Origin: an uncultured Planctomycetia bacterium
GTDB taxonomy: Bacteria; Omnitrophota; Gorgyraeia; Duberdicusellales; 4484-171
Reading direction: 5' to 3'
Assembly: GCA_964605645.1 (NCBI GenBank)
Contig: CAZSDJ010000001.1
Location: forward strand, 20,079 to 84,078
DNA: 64,000 nt
In this document: one piece after another, positions 1-10,062 of the stretch
Numbering within the stretch: the first letter of the stretch is position 1
Layout of the letters: every line of letters starts with the position of its first letter
Translations under genes and position numbers: made by a program
Notes under the pieces: model-generated
Databases searched by the model: none
What the model was told of the DNA's origin: nothing
What the model saw: the letters and a program-made list of their open reading frames with translations, nothing else

Positions 1-1
1 T

Positions 2-1387
2 ATAGATGATCCCAACATAAAAGACATTGCTATATCTCCATTTTATCCTGATTTAATTTATGTAGCATCCAGTAATTCTTTATATAAAAGTAAAGACGGG
101 GGAGGATATTTTGAAAAAATTTATTCATTCATTGATCAAGAAATTAAGCAAATTTTTTTCAATTCAGAAGTAAGCAATATTTTATATGTAGTTGGGTCAG
201 AACATTTTTATCAAATAACAGATAGCAGAAAAAGGCTTTTCAGTGCAGACGATGAAGAAGAGATATTGGCTGCTGCTGAATATAAAGGCAACTTATACAT
301 AGGAACTTCAGATGGTTTTTATGTTTCTAATCAAGATTTCTTAAGATGGAAAAATATTGCCGGATTAAATGAAACAGCAGTGTTTTGGATAGAACCAACC
401 AATGATTATATTTATTTAACAACTTCTCAAGGAGTATATTTATTTGGAAAAAGTAAAAATTTGCAAAGAACATTTGTTACTCGTTCTACAAGTGAAGATA
501 CGGTTGATACAGGATTGGTAGTAAATAAAATAAAAAAAGATATTTTTCAGGAAAATATTTTTTGGTTAGCTACGACCGAAGGTTTATTTGTGTCAAAAGA
601 TCAAGGGAAAAACTTTAAAAAGTTTTTTATTTCAGGGGTTGATTCCTTAAATATTATTTCGTTAGCGCAAACTAATCTTGAAAGAAATAGCTTATATTTA
701 GCTACAGAAAAAGGGTTTTTTAAAATCAATTTGAAAAAAAGACAAGCTCAAGCTTTATTTGAAGGCTTGTACGCATCTCAAATCAATGAGGTCGGTTTTT
801 CCAGTAGAGGAAAAATATATTTAGCAACGGCGAAGGGAGCTTTCACTAACCAATATTTTAGTTACTCTTATCAAGATATAAAATTGAAAAAGATTTTAAG
901 AAAACAGCCTTCGATTAGCTTTGTCCACAAAAATGCAATTTCCGCTAATGAAGTTTCTGCTGAAAAAATTAAAAAGTGGCGGCAAGCAGCGGCTTTAAAG
1001 CCATTATTTCCGAAAATCAGTTTAGATTACGATAAGACTATTTATGGGACAGCAGGAGGAGCTACTTATGAAGGTAAATCTTATGTGGGGCCACGCGATT
1101 GGGGCCTTTCTTTTAGCTGGGATGTGGGGGATTTTATTTGGAATCCTTCTCAAACTTCCATTGATACTCGCAGCCGGCTGAATACCAAACTAAGGATTGA
1201 TATTTTAGAAGAAGTTAACCGAGTTTATTATGAGCGTTTACGGTTATTAATTAAATTAAAAAATAAATCATTATCAGAATCTGAATTGTTAGAGAAAAGA
1301 CTAAGATTAGAAGAACTTACGGCAGCCTTAGATTATTATACCGGCGGAGCATTTTTCGAGCGATTAAAGGAGTTAAATGAAAGATAA
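2..1387 (+). CDS. BNR/Asp-box repeat beta-propeller-like protein (5' partial; ORF open to window edge)
   Basis: Frame 2 is open from nt 2 and the track's Met at 266 is internal. Asp-box-like S-x-D-G-x-x-F motifs recur (YKSKDGGGYF, VSKDQGKNFKK), as do strand motifs of the type LYIGTSDGFYV / IYLTTSQGVYLF / FWLATTEGLFV / LYLATEKGFF / IYLATAKGAF. The C-terminus has a coiled-coil-like RLRLLIKLK...EELT segment. Confidence 0.55.
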   Translation: MDDPNIKDIAISPFYPDLIYVASSNSLYKSKDGGGYFEKIYSFIDQEIKQIFFNSEVSNILYVVGSEHFYQITDSRKRLFSADDEEEILAAAEYKGNLYIGTSDGFYVSNQDFLRWKNIAGLNETAVFWIEPTNDYIYLTTSQGVYLFGKSKNLQRTFVTRSTSEDTVDTGLVVNKIKKDIFQENIFWLATTEGLFVSKDQGKNFKKFFISGVDSLNIISLAQTNLERNSLYLATEKGFFKINLKKRQAQALFEGLYASQINEVGFSSRGKIYLATAKGAFTNQYFSYSYQDIKLKKILRKQPSISFVHKNAISANEVSAEKIKKWRQAAALKPLFPKISLDYDKTIYGTAGGATYEGKSYVGPRDWGLSFSWDVGDFIWNPSQTSIDTRSRLNTKLRIDILEEVNRVYYERLRLLIKLKNKSLSESELLEKRLRLEELTAALDYYTGGAFFERLKELNER

Positions 1388-2396
1388 ACCAATTGTTTTG
1401 ATTATGTGCGGCGGCCGTTCGCGGCGGTTGTGGCCGGTTTCTGAAGATCAAAGTAAGAATTTTTTTGATATCTTTGGTTTTTCGCCTCTTGAACATACAG
1501 TAAAAAGGTATAAAAAAATAACTTCGCCGGATAAGATTTTTTGTATTACCGGGAAGAAAGACAAAAGAGATATTGAAAAAGCAAAGGGGCTCAAGAAAAA
1601 CAATATTTTGATAGAGCCGGAAAGTAAGAATACTGCTGCCGCTATCTTGTTAGCTCTTTTGAAATTACAAAAATATAAAAATAAGAAGGTAATCATTGCT
1701 CCGGTAGACCATTTAATAGATAAGCAAAATCAATTTTACGGATCTTTAAAAAGAGCCTTAACAATAGTAGAAGATGGCGGTATTTGCACTTTAGGAGTTG
1801 TGTCGAAAAACTTAAATTCCGATTTTGGCTATATTCAAGTAGGTAAAAAAGAAAGAAATGCCTATAATATTTGCCAGTTTATTGAAAAACCGGGGCTGAT
1901 TCGGGCAAAAAAACTTATAAAACAAAAGAATTGTTTTTACAATAGCGGGATATTTGTAGCAAAAATAGATTTTTTGTTAAAAGAATATAAAAAATATTAT
2001 TCTAGCTATAAGTTGTTTTGTGACAATCATAATAATAAAAGAAGATTACAATCATTATACAAAAAAATAAAAAGCATGCCTTTTGATAAGGTGATAATGG
2101 AAAAAACTAAGAAGGCCAAGTTGGTTAAAGCAAATTTTGGTTGGCAAGATTTTGGCAACTGGGAAACTATTTATAAGTTATTGGCAAAAGATAAAGAAAA
2201 AAATGTTAAAAAAGGAAAGATAATAACAGATTCTTGTAAGGGGAATTTTCTTTTTTCAACTGAACAAAATAAAAAAATCTTAGGAGTAGGGCTTAAAGAT
2301 ATATTTTTTATAAATACTCATAAACACACTTTAATTATCAGTAAAAAAGAACTTAAGAATATTAAAAAAATTTTAGATAAATCTAATTTAGGCTAA
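1377..2396 (+). CDS. mannose-1-phosphate guanylyltransferase-like sugar nucleotidyltransferase
   Basis: N-terminal IVLIMCGGRSRRLWPVS matches the GGxGxRLWP(L)S signature of ManC-type NDP-sugar pyrophosphorylases. At 339 aa it lacks the cupin/PMI domain. The start overlaps the upstream stop. Confidence 0.65.
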   Translation: MKDKPIVLIMCGGRSRRLWPVSEDQSKNFFDIFGFSPLEHTVKRYKKITSPDKIFCITGKKDKRDIEKAKGLKKNNILIEPESKNTAAAILLALLKLQKYKNKKVIIAPVDHLIDKQNQFYGSLKRALTIVEDGGICTLGVVSKNLNSDFGYIQVGKKERNAYNICQFIEKPGLIRAKKLIKQKNCFYNSGIFVAKIDFLLKEYKKYYSSYKLFCDNHNNKRRLQSLYKKIKSMPFDKVIMEKTKKAKLVKANFGWQDFGNWETIYKLLAKDKEKNVKKGKIITDSCKGNFLFSTEQNKKILGVGLKDIFFINTHKHTLIISKKELKNIKKILDKSNLG

Positions 2397-2417
2397 ATTG
2401 TAATTTAAGGAGCAAAA

Positions 2418-2738
2418 ATGGAAAAAGATAGTTTTGAAATTGTGGATAAGGCAAGAAGGATCTTAGGATTAGAAAAGGAAGCGACTATTGGTGAAGTTAA
2501 AAAGAGTTATGAAAGGTTAGCCAAAAAGTTCCATCCGGATCGAACCAAAAATAAAGAGAAAAAACAAGAAGAGCGTTTAAAAGAGATAAGTTGGGCATAT
2601 GATCTTATTATGAATTATATAGAACGGTTTAGGATTTCATTTGATGAAAAAGATATTAAAAAAATGAATATAGACAAAATTACCTACCGTCATCTCAAAC
2701 AATTCTATGATGGTTGGTGGTCAGATCTGGATATCTAA
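2418..2738 (+). CDS. J-domain (DnaJ-like) protein, J domain only
   Basis: KKSYERLAKKFHPDR carries the HPD tripeptide in helix II/III context, followed by EISWAYDLI. The protein is 106 aa with an SD-like AAGGAG upstream. Confidence 0.7.
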   Translation: MEKDSFEIVDKARRILGLEKEATIGEVKKSYERLAKKFHPDRTKNKEKKQEERLKEISWAYDLIMNYIERFRISFDEKDIKKMNIDKITYRHLKQFYDGWWSDLDI

Positions 2739-2744
2739 CTAATC

Positions 2745-3671
2745 ATGAAATATTTTTATGGCCCGGTACTTTCAAGAAGGTTAGGATTCTCTCTGGGGGT
2801 TGATTTAACTCCTAAAAAAACTTGTACTTTTAATTGTGTCTATTGTCAATTGGGATGGCCGGCGCGGCCGCAAATACGGAGGGGCTTTTATATAGATTTT
2901 TCTCAATTTAAAAAAGAATTTAAAAATATCTTAAGCAAAAAACCAAGAATTGATTACATTACTTTATCCGGGTCCGGAGAACCAACCTTGCATCAAGATT
3001 TAGATAAAATAATTAAAATTATTAAAAAGATTAGTCAATACAAGTATCCGGTTGCGGTAATAACCAATTCATCTCTTTTGTATAGGAAAAAAGTAAGGGA
3101 TGAACTAAAGGAGGCTGATCTAATAGTCCCGTCCCTAGATGCTGCGTCTAGCCACCAATTTAAAAAAATTAATTGCCCCCATCCTAAAATAAGATTTATT
3201 AAAATAAAAGAAGGCTGTATTAAATTGAGAAAAGAATTTAAGGGAAAAATTTGGTTAGAGATAATGCTTCTTAAAGGCTTAAATGACAGCCTTTTAGATG
3301 CTAAAAAATTCAAAAAAATTATAAATAAAATAAAACCGGATAAAGTCCAGCTTAATTTACCAATTCGGCCGGCTGTTAAAAAAGTTTCCATCCCTAATCT
3401 TAGCCGAATTAAAAAAATAAAAGAAATTATTAATTCCGGTATCGAAATAATAACAGAGTTTCCGAAACAGAAAAAATCAAAAAAGATAAAGATAAATCAA
3501 GAAAAAATTATCAATTATCTTAAGCGGCGGCCCGCGACTAAAGAAAATTTGAGCATTTTTTTTGGTATCAATGTAAGCGAATTATTAAAATATTCAACTG
3601 ATCTTATCGCTCAAGATAAAATTAAAATAAAAAAAATTAAAAATAATAAATATTTTGTTATCAATGATTAG
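2745..3671 (+). CDS. radical SAM domain protein
   Basis: CTFNCVYC is a CxxxCxxC cluster directly after the GPVLSRRLGFSLGVDL N-terminal motif. SGSGEPTL is a glycine-rich SAM-binding motif. Confidence 0.75.
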   Translation: MKYFYGPVLSRRLGFSLGVDLTPKKTCTFNCVYCQLGWPARPQIRRGFYIDFSQFKKEFKNILSKKPRIDYITLSGSGEPTLHQDLDKIIKIIKKISQYKYPVAVITNSSLLYRKKVRDELKEADLIVPSLDAASSHQFKKINCPHPKIRFIKIKEGCIKLRKEFKGKIWLEIMLLKGLNDSLLDAKKFKKIINKIKPDKVQLNLPIRPAVKKVSIPNLSRIKKIKEIINSGIEIITEFPKQKKSKKIKINQEKIINYLKRRPATKENLSIFFGINVSELLKYSTDLIAQDKIKIKKIKNNKYFVIND

Positions 3672-4335
3672 CGAAAAAATAAAAAGAATAAGAGAGGCCT
3701 TACCGGAGGGAGTTGAATTAGTTGCTGCGATTAAGGATAGAACTGCAGAAGAAATAGAAGCGGCAATTAATTGTGGGGTAAAAATTGTTGGGGAAAATTA
3801 TTTAAAACAGGCAAAGATAAATTATGATATTTTTGGCCAGAGAGTAAAGTGGCATTTTATTGGGAATTTGCAAAAAAATAAAGTTAAAAAAGCGGTTAAA
3901 ATTTTTGATATGATTGAGACGCTTGATTCGCTGAAATTAGCTGAGGTTATAAATAAAGAGGCAAAAAAAATAGAAAAAGTTATATCGGTTTTGATTGAAG
4001 TTAATTCTGCGGCTGAGCCGCAAAAGTTTGGGGTATTTCCGGATAGAGTAGTTAAATTTAAGGAACAGCTTAAAGATTTTCCTCAACTTAAAGTTTGCGG
4101 CCTGATGACAATGGGGCCTTTTAGTGAAGATGTAAAAAAGTTAAGGCCGTATTTTAGAGAAACAAAAAAAATATTTGATCAAATTAAAAATAAAAATCAA
4201 GCCAAAGATTGGAAATACTTGTCAATGGGGATGAGTAACTCCTGGCAACTGGCGATAGAAGAGGGGGCAAATATGGTAAGAATTGGAACAGCGATTTTCG
4301 GCCCGAGGGGTGATGTCTTACAACGAAAGAGTTAA
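3664..4335 (+). CDS. yggS: YggS/PLPHP family pyridoxal-phosphate homeostasis protein
   Basis: Family motifs are present: VAAIKDRTAEEIEAAI..VGENYLKQA, WHFIGNLQKNKVK and SMGMSNSWQLAIEEGANMVRIGTAIFG. ATG 3664 is preferred over the track's TTG 3655. Confidence 0.85.
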   Translation: MISEKIKRIREALPEGVELVAAIKDRTAEEIEAAINCGVKIVGENYLKQAKINYDIFGQRVKWHFIGNLQKNKVKKAVKIFDMIETLDSLKLAEVINKEAKKIEKVISVLIEVNSAAEPQKFGVFPDRVVKFKEQLKDFPQLKVCGLMTMGPFSEDVKKLRPYFRETKKIFDQIKNKNQAKDWKYLSMGMSNSWQLAIEEGANMVRIGTAIFGPRGDVLQRKS

Positions 4336-4955
4336 TGATTGGAACGAACTTTAATCTTAAAAAAAACACAAAAGGGAAGAGGCAAAAAGCTTTTTTTCTA
4401 AAAAATGCCAAATATATTGCAAAAAATATTTTAGGAGATTTTTTAGTTTTAAAGAAAAGAAAAAATTATTTAATTGGCCGGATAGTTGAAACTGAAAGTT
4501 ATTTAGGTATCGGCGATGACGCTTCTCATAGTTTTTCGGGCAAAAGAACAATTCGCACTCAAGTGATGTATCAAGCCGGCGGCATAAGCTATGTGTATTT
4601 AATTTATGGCTTATACTGGTGTTTTAACATTGTTACCGGGCCTGAATCAATTCCGCAATGCGTATTGATTAGAGCTTTAGAGCCGATAGCAGGGATAGAT
4701 TTTATGAAAAAGAAGAGAAAAAGAAATACTAAAAATTTAACAAATGGGCCTTGCCGCTGGACAATGGCATTTGGGATTGATAGTAAGTTTTTAGGCCAAA
4801 AAGTAACATCTGATAAATTTTTTATTTTAGCTAAAAAAAGAAAAAACTTTGATATTGTTGAAACAACCAGGGTTGGCGTTGACTATGCCAGTGAATCTAA
4901 AAATCTTGCTTTACGCTATTACATTAAGGGAAATGAATTTGTTTCCAGGAAATAA
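4335..4955 (+). CDS. DNA-3-methyladenine glycosylase (MPG/AAG family)
   Basis: VETESYLGIGDDASHSF...GISYVYLIYGLYWCFNIVTGPE...NGPCRWTMAFGI is typical of the Mpg family (PF02245). Confidence 0.85.
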   Translation: MIGTNFNLKKNTKGKRQKAFFLKNAKYIAKNILGDFLVLKKRKNYLIGRIVETESYLGIGDDASHSFSGKRTIRTQVMYQAGGISYVYLIYGLYWCFNIVTGPESIPQCVLIRALEPIAGIDFMKKKRKRNTKNLTNGPCRWTMAFGIDSKFLGQKVTSDKFFILAKKRKNFDIVETTRVGVDYASESKNLALRYYIKGNEFVSRK

Positions 4956-4981
4956 AATATAAATTATTTAAAAAAAATTAA

Positions 4982-5965
4982 ATGTTAGAAAATCAATTTA
5001 GAGAAACTATAGAAAAACATAATCTCATTAAGAAAAAAGATAAGATTATGTTGGGTGTATCCGGCGGCCCGGATTCAGTTGCGCTATTGCATAATTTCTT
5101 AAATTTAAAAAAAGATTATAAACTAAAAATTATTTGTATTCATTTTAATCATAGCCTGCGCCGGGAAAGTGATAGTGAAGAAAAATTCATTCAAAAAATT
5201 TGCAGTCATTTAAATGTTGAATTTATCAGTCAAAAAAAAGATGTTAACCAATTCAAAAGGGATTCTTTAGAGCAGGCAGCGCGAAATTTGCGTTATGATT
5301 TTTTTCTAAAATGTTCTCGCCAGATGAAAATAAAAAAAATTGCTTTAGCCCATCATAAGAATGATTTAGCCGAAACTGTTTTGATGAGAATCATCAGGGG
5401 AACGGGGTTGTGCGGCCTGAGGGGATTCTTACCCAAAACTAGATTTAAAAATCTTACAGTTATCAGGCCTTTCATTAATACAGAAAAAAAACAAATTTTA
5501 AATTGGTTACAGAAAAAAAATATTTCTTTTTGCACGGATAAAAGCAACCAAGATACAAAATTTTTAAGGAATAAAATACGAATTGAATTATTACCGGAAC
5601 TGGAAAATATTAATCAATCTATTTTAAACCGATTGTCGGAATTGGCGGTTAATGCCGGGCTTGATTATGATTTTATTTATAAGTTTTCAGAAACAGAATT
5701 TATGCGCTTAAAACAAAAAAAAACAAGCAAAGGCTTGCATCTTGATTTAGCGGGATTACAAGATTTACACCCGGCCATATTTAATAATGTTATCAGAATT
5801 GCGATTGAAGAGATAAAAGGAAACACAAGGAGAATTGAGCAAAACCATTTATTTGAAGTAAGAAAGCTGGTAAAAAAAGGCCGAGACCAAGCCAGCATCC
5901 ACTTACCAAAAATAGCAGTAAAAAAAGAAAAAGATACTATTTTTATTCAGTCCTTGATTTTGTAA
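4982..5965 (+). CDS. tilS: tRNA(Ile)-lysidine synthetase
   Basis: MLGVSGGPDSVALLH is the PP-loop SGGxDS ATPase motif, at TilS length, directly upstream of ftsH. Confidence 0.9.
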   Translation: MLENQFRETIEKHNLIKKKDKIMLGVSGGPDSVALLHNFLNLKKDYKLKIICIHFNHSLRRESDSEEKFIQKICSHLNVEFISQKKDVNQFKRDSLEQAARNLRYDFFLKCSRQMKIKKIALAHHKNDLAETVLMRIIRGTGLCGLRGFLPKTRFKNLTVIRPFINTEKKQILNWLQKKNISFCTDKSNQDTKFLRNKIRIELLPELENINQSILNRLSELAVNAGLDYDFIYKFSETEFMRLKQKKTSKGLHLDLAGLQDLHPAIFNNVIRIAIEEIKGNTRRIEQNHLFEVRKLVKKGRDQASIHLPKIAVKKEKDTIFIQSLIL

Positions 5966-5992
5966 CTAATCTCAGTATAATGGCTACTACTT

Positions 5993-7879
5993 ATGAAACA
6001 AAAAAAGAATAAGAAAAAACAACAAAATCCTAATTTTTTCCGCCGGGCTTTATATGTGATTATTATCTTTATGGCGGTTATTTGGTTGGCTAATCTTTTT
6101 GGCGCCAATATGGGAGGGTTTGCTGAGAAATTAAAATATCCTGAGTTCTATTATTTGGTTAAAAATAATCCGGAAAGCAACCAAATAAAGTCAATCACCT
6201 TAAAAGAAAATTTGGTCCAAGGCCAATTTAGCCAAGCCAGAGAGCAAAAATATTTTTATCTTTATATCCCTAAAGACGATCAAGAAATTATTTCGTTAAT
6301 GCGGGAAAATATAGCGAATTTCGAGATTGAACCAGCCAGCACTGCTTTTACTAACTTTCTTTATTTTTTTGGGCCGATGCTTATTTTTATCCTTTTTCTT
6401 TGGTATTTTTCAAAGAAAGGAAGCCAGATGGGTTCACAAATTTGGGGTTTCGGTAAATCAAAACACGCTACGGTAGATAAAAACATGGCAAAAAAAGTTA
6501 CCTTTGATGATGTGGCCGGTATTGATGAAGCTAAAGAAGAGTTACAAGAAGTAGTTGAATTTTTAAAAGATCCAAAAAAATTTCAGCGGCTGGGAGGAAG
6601 ATTTCCGAAAGGAGTTCTTTTAATGGGGCCGCCGGGGTGCGGGAAGACTTTGTTGGCAAAAGCTGTATCGGGTGAAGCAAAAGTACCGTTTTTTTCGATA
6701 GGCGGTTCAGATTTTGTGGAAATGTTTGTGGGGGTAGGGGCTTCGCGAGTGAGGTCTTTGTTTGACCAGGCAAAAAAAGCAGCCCGTATTGAGAATAGAG
6801 GTTGTATTATTTTTATTGATGAAATAGACGCTGTAGGCAGGCAGCGCTTTGCGGGCTTAGGTGGAGGCCACGATGAGCGAGAGCAGACTTTAAATCAATT
6901 GTTAGCAGAAATGGATGGCTTTAAAACTGAAACGGGGGTCATAATCATAGCAGCTACCAACCGCCCTGACGTATTAGATCCGGCTTTGCTGCGGCCGGGT
7001 AGATTTGACCGCCAAATTGTGATTAATGCACCGGACATAAAGGGGAGAGAAGGAATTTTAAAAGTACATACCAAGACAATAAATCTTTCAAAAAAAGTAA
7101 ACTTAAAAGAAATAGCAAAAAGAACTCCGGGATTTTCGGGAGCTGATTTAGAAAATCTTTGCAATGAAGCAGCATTGCTTGCTGCCCGGCGCAATAAAAA
7201 ATCAGTTACCCAAACTGAACTCGAGGAAGCAATTGAAAGGGTGATGATGGGGCCGGAAAGAAAAAGCCGGGTAATGTCGGACAAAGAAAAGAGAATAACA
7301 GCTTTTCATGAAGGCGGGCATGCCTTGGTATCACTTATCATCCCTGAAGTTGATTCGATGGCCAAGGTTTCAATTATTCCCAGAGGGATGGCCGGCGGAT
7401 ATACTTTTATCCCTCCCCAGGAAGATCGAAGCTATAAATCAAAAAAACAATTGACCGGTGAGATTACTGTTGCTCTCGGAGGGAGAGCTTCTGAAGAAGT
7501 CAATCTAGACGATATTACAACGGGTGCCATGAGTGATTTGGCTGCGGTAACAAGGTTAGCTCGAAAGATGGTTTGTGATTACGGGATGAGCGATAAATTA
7601 GGAAATTGCACCTTAGGTGAAAGTCAAGGCCCGGTATTTTTAGGCCGAGATATGATGAGAGAAAAAGATTATAGTGAGGAAACGGCAAGAATCATTGATC
7701 AAGAAGTAAAACGAATTATTGATGAATGTTACAGTCGAGCTAAAAAAATCATTGAAGGTAATAAAGAAAATTTAACTAAACTAGTCGATGTTTTATTAGA
7801 TAAAGAAGTTTTAGATGCAAAAGAATTTAAAGAAATTACAGGGCTTTCGAAGCCTGATAAAAAAGACTCAACTTCTTAA
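5993..7879 (+). CDS. ftsH: ATP-dependent zinc metalloprotease FtsH
   Basis: N-terminal TM segments are followed by AAA Walker A GPPGCGKT, Walker [36 protein letters not shown] and Zn-binding HEGGHAL. Confidence 0.95.
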   Translation: MKQKKNKKKQQNPNFFRRALYVIIIFMAVIWLANLFGANMGGFAEKLKYPEFYYLVKNNPESNQIKSITLKENLVQGQFSQAREQKYFYLYIPKDDQEIISLMRENIANFEIEPASTAFTNFLYFFGPMLIFILFLWYFSKKGSQMGSQIWGFGKSKHATVDKNMAKKVTFDDVAGIDEAKEELQEVVEFLKDPKKFQRLGGRFPKGVLLMGPPGCGKTLLAKAVSGEAKVPFFSIGGSDFVEMFVGVGASRVRSLFDQAKKAARIENRGCIIFIDEIDAVGRQRFAGLGGGHDEREQTLNQLLAEMDGFKTETGVIIIAATNRPDVLDPALLRPGRFDRQIVINAPDIKGREGILKVHTKTINLSKKVNLKEIAKRTPGFSGADLENLCNEAALLAARRNKKSVTQTELEEAIERVMMGPERKSRVMSDKEKRITAFHEGGHALVSLIIPEVDSMAKVSIIPRGMAGGYTFIPPQEDRSYKSKKQLTGEITVALGGRASEEVNLDDITTGAMSDLAAVTRLARKMVCDYGMSDKLGNCTLGESQGPVFLGRDMMREKDYSEETARIIDQEVKRIIDECYSRAKKIIEGNKENLTKLVDVLLDKEVLDAKEFKEITGLSKPDKKDSTS

Positions 7880-7917
7880 AACATTTAAGTATATTTTTAT
7901 CTTTCCTCTAAAATTAC

Positions 7918-9132
7918 ATGAAAATAACCCCGTTAATTTTAAGTGATCAAAAAAAAGCAAAACAAACAATTCTTTCTTTAGGAGCGACTAAGCAGGGTGC
8001 TGATATTCTTAGTACGAAAGCTGTATTTAAAGTTTTTAAAATTGAAGGCATAAAATCTTGGGAAGCTAATATAATAAAACAGCATCTACTTTCTGTGGGT
8101 GCTGATGCTGCAGTAGAAAGGGATGCTTTAATAAAAGACATAAAAACTGAAGTGTTGATATTCGGAAGCATCAATCAATTAAAAAAGTTATCCCAAAAAT
8201 TAAAAAATCAAACTAAAAGGTTGAAAATGTTATCAAGGCAATTGTCAGAATCTTTGGACAATAGCCTAAAGAGCAGCTATCTTTATAAAGCTCGCGATAA
8301 AACTTTAAGAATAAATAAGCCCATTATTTGCGGGATAATAAATATTACTGAAGATTCTTTTTCCGGAGATGGATTGCTAAAGGAAGCAGAAAAATCTTTT
8401 TCTAAATTAGAAAAATTAGTTTTAAATAAAGTTTCAGCAATGGTAAAGGCGGGGGCAAAGATTATTGACTTCGGCGCTGAATCAACCAGGCCTTTTTCGA
8501 AAAAAATAAGCAGTAAAAAAGAAATAAAGAGGGTTGTTCCTGTTTTAAAAGTCATCCGAAAAGAATTTAAAAAGTTAATTATTTCAATAGATACTTATAA
8601 ACCACAAGTAGCGCAGGCAGCTGTTGATCAGGGGATAGATATTATAAATGATATTACAGCTTTAAAAAACAGCAAAATTGTTTCTTTAATAAAAAAATAT
8701 AAATTAGGGTGTGTATTGATGCACATGCAAGGCAATCCACAGAACATGCAAGCTAACCCTTCCTATAATCAGGTTACTGAAGAGATAGCTGATTTTTTTA
8801 GAGAAAGGTTAAGCTATTGCCGGCAAAAAGGTATTAATAAAAATCAAATTTTTATTGATCCGGGGATTGGATTTGGAAAATTAAAAAAACATAATTTAGA
8901 AATTATAAACAACTTATACCAATTTAAATCTTTGGGATTGCCAATATTCGTTGGCCTGTCGCGTAAATCATTTCTTGGTGATATAATAAAGAAGAGCCCC
9001 GCGAAAAGATTAGGAGCTACTATTGCGGCTAATATGATTGCATTGGCGAGAGGAGCTAATATTTTGCGGGTTCATGATGTAAGAGAGACAAAAGACGCAA
9101 TAAATATTTTTTCAGAACTTATAAAAAAATGA
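7918..9132 (+). CDS. folP: dihydropteroate synthase with ~120-aa uncharacterised N-terminal extension
   Basis: The pterin-binding domain starts at ICGIINITEDSFSGDG and includes ESTRP and RVHDV elements. Residues 1-~122 precede the DHPS fold. Confidence 0.85.
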   Translation: MKITPLILSDQKKAKQTILSLGATKQGADILSTKAVFKVFKIEGIKSWEANIIKQHLLSVGADAAVERDALIKDIKTEVLIFGSINQLKKLSQKLKNQTKRLKMLSRQLSESLDNSLKSSYLYKARDKTLRINKPIICGIINITEDSFSGDGLLKEAEKSFSKLEKLVLNKVSAMVKAGAKIIDFGAESTRPFSKKISSKKEIKRVVPVLKVIRKEFKKLIISIDTYKPQVAQAAVDQGIDIINDITALKNSKIVSLIKKYKLGCVLMHMQGNPQNMQANPSYNQVTEEIADFFRERLSYCRQKGINKNQIFIDPGIGFGKLKKHNLEIINNLYQFKSLGLPIFVGLSRKSFLGDIIKKSPAKRLGATIAANMIALARGANILRVHDVRETKDAINIFSELIKK

Positions 9133-9890
9133 TAGATTTAATAAAAATGCTTAATTGGAAGTCGGTAATTGAGATTGTAATTTTATGGATGGTTATCTAT
9201 AGAATATTTTTGTTTTTAAAAGGGACAAAAGCTTTATACCTTTTAAGGGGGATAATAGTTCTGGTTATTTCTTTGCTTGCCTTTCAGCTGTTAGGATTGC
9301 CTGTTTTAACCAGAATCCTCACCTATCTTTTTGCTTTCTTTCTTATTTTAGTTGCGATAATTTTTCAACCCGAGCTCAGAGAAGGATTAATTCATTTAGG
9401 CCGGCGGCATATTTTTCATATAGAGCCTCAAGTGGAGGAGATGGAACAAGCCTTGCGAGAAATTGTTTCTTCGGTGGGGGTTCTTTCGAGAAAGAAAATA
9501 GGGGCCTTGATTGCTGTAAAAAGAGAGATGGGTTTAAGAAAATATACTGAAAGCGGGGTCGTTTTAAATGCAGATATCACCTCAGAATTAATTCAAAATA
9601 TATTTTATCCTTCGGCGCCATTGCATGACGGAGGGATTGTGGTGGATCAAACACGGGTAATTGCTGCTGCTTGCCTTTTTCCTTTATCGGATAGTCTAAG
9701 TATAGAGAGAACATTAGGGATGCGGCATCGGGCTGCAGTGGGGCTCTCTGAGGCGACAGATGCCATTATTATTGTTGTTTCTGAAGAGACAGGGGTAATT
9801 TCTTTAGCTATCGAGGGCCAACTGACCAGACGTCTTAGCCCAAATGATTTATTAACTATTTTAAAAGGCCAGTTAACTAAGACCGGATAA
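9129..9890 (+). CDS. cdaA: diadenylate cyclase CdaA (c-di-AMP synthase), membrane-anchored
   Basis: Three N-terminal TM helices are followed by a DAC domain: GALIAVKRE, PLHDGGIVV, GMRHRAAVGLSEATDAIIIVVSEETGVISLA (DGA and RHR motifs). Confidence 0.9.
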   Translation: MIDLIKMLNWKSVIEIVILWMVIYRIFLFLKGTKALYLLRGIIVLVISLLAFQLLGLPVLTRILTYLFAFFLILVAIIFQPELREGLIHLGRRHIFHIEPQVEEMEQALREIVSSVGVLSRKKIGALIAVKREMGLRKYTESGVVLNADITSELIQNIFYPSAPLHDGGIVVDQTRVIAAACLFPLSDSLSIERTLGMRHRAAVGLSEATDAIIIVVSEETGVISLAIEGQLTRRLSPNDLLTILKGQLTKTG

Positions 9891-9898
9891 TAATTTAT

Positions 9899-10054
9899 AT
9901 GGAAGCAATTAAATCAGTTAAAAGATGGATCAGGAAAATTGATTTTAAAAAAGCAATTACCTATAATTTGTGGTTGAAAATAATTGCTTTAATTATAGCT
10001 ATAATTATTTGGTATTATGTAAGCGGTGAAATCACTCAAGGTATTCAAATTTAG
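9899..10054 (+). CDS. truncated CdaR/YbbR-like ORF (51 aa: N-terminal TM anchor only)
   Basis: I translated MEAIKSVKRWIRKIDFKKAITYNLWLKIIALIIAIIIWYYVSGEITQGIQI* by hand. It sits immediately after cdaA, where cdaR normally lies. It matches the N-terminal LKIxALxxAxxLW(F)YV anchor of YbbR proteins, but a stop follows and pdxJ starts 8 nt later. The ORF track misses it because it is under 60 aa. Confidence 0.4.
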   Translation: MEAIKSVKRWIRKIDFKKAITYNLWLKIIALIIAIIIWYYVSGEITQGIQI

Positions 10055-10062
10055 TAAATAAA

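Noticed and set aside
1448-8555. Numerous short minus-strand ORFs overlapping long plus-strand genes (e.g. 1448-1696, 3035-3391, 4184-4411, 6531-6773, 6895-7284, 7947-8174, 8283-8555)
   Set aside because: Each lies antisense within a strongly supported conserved gene (manC-like, radical SAM, yggS, ftsH, folP). They are AT-rich antisense noise with no motifs or RBS.
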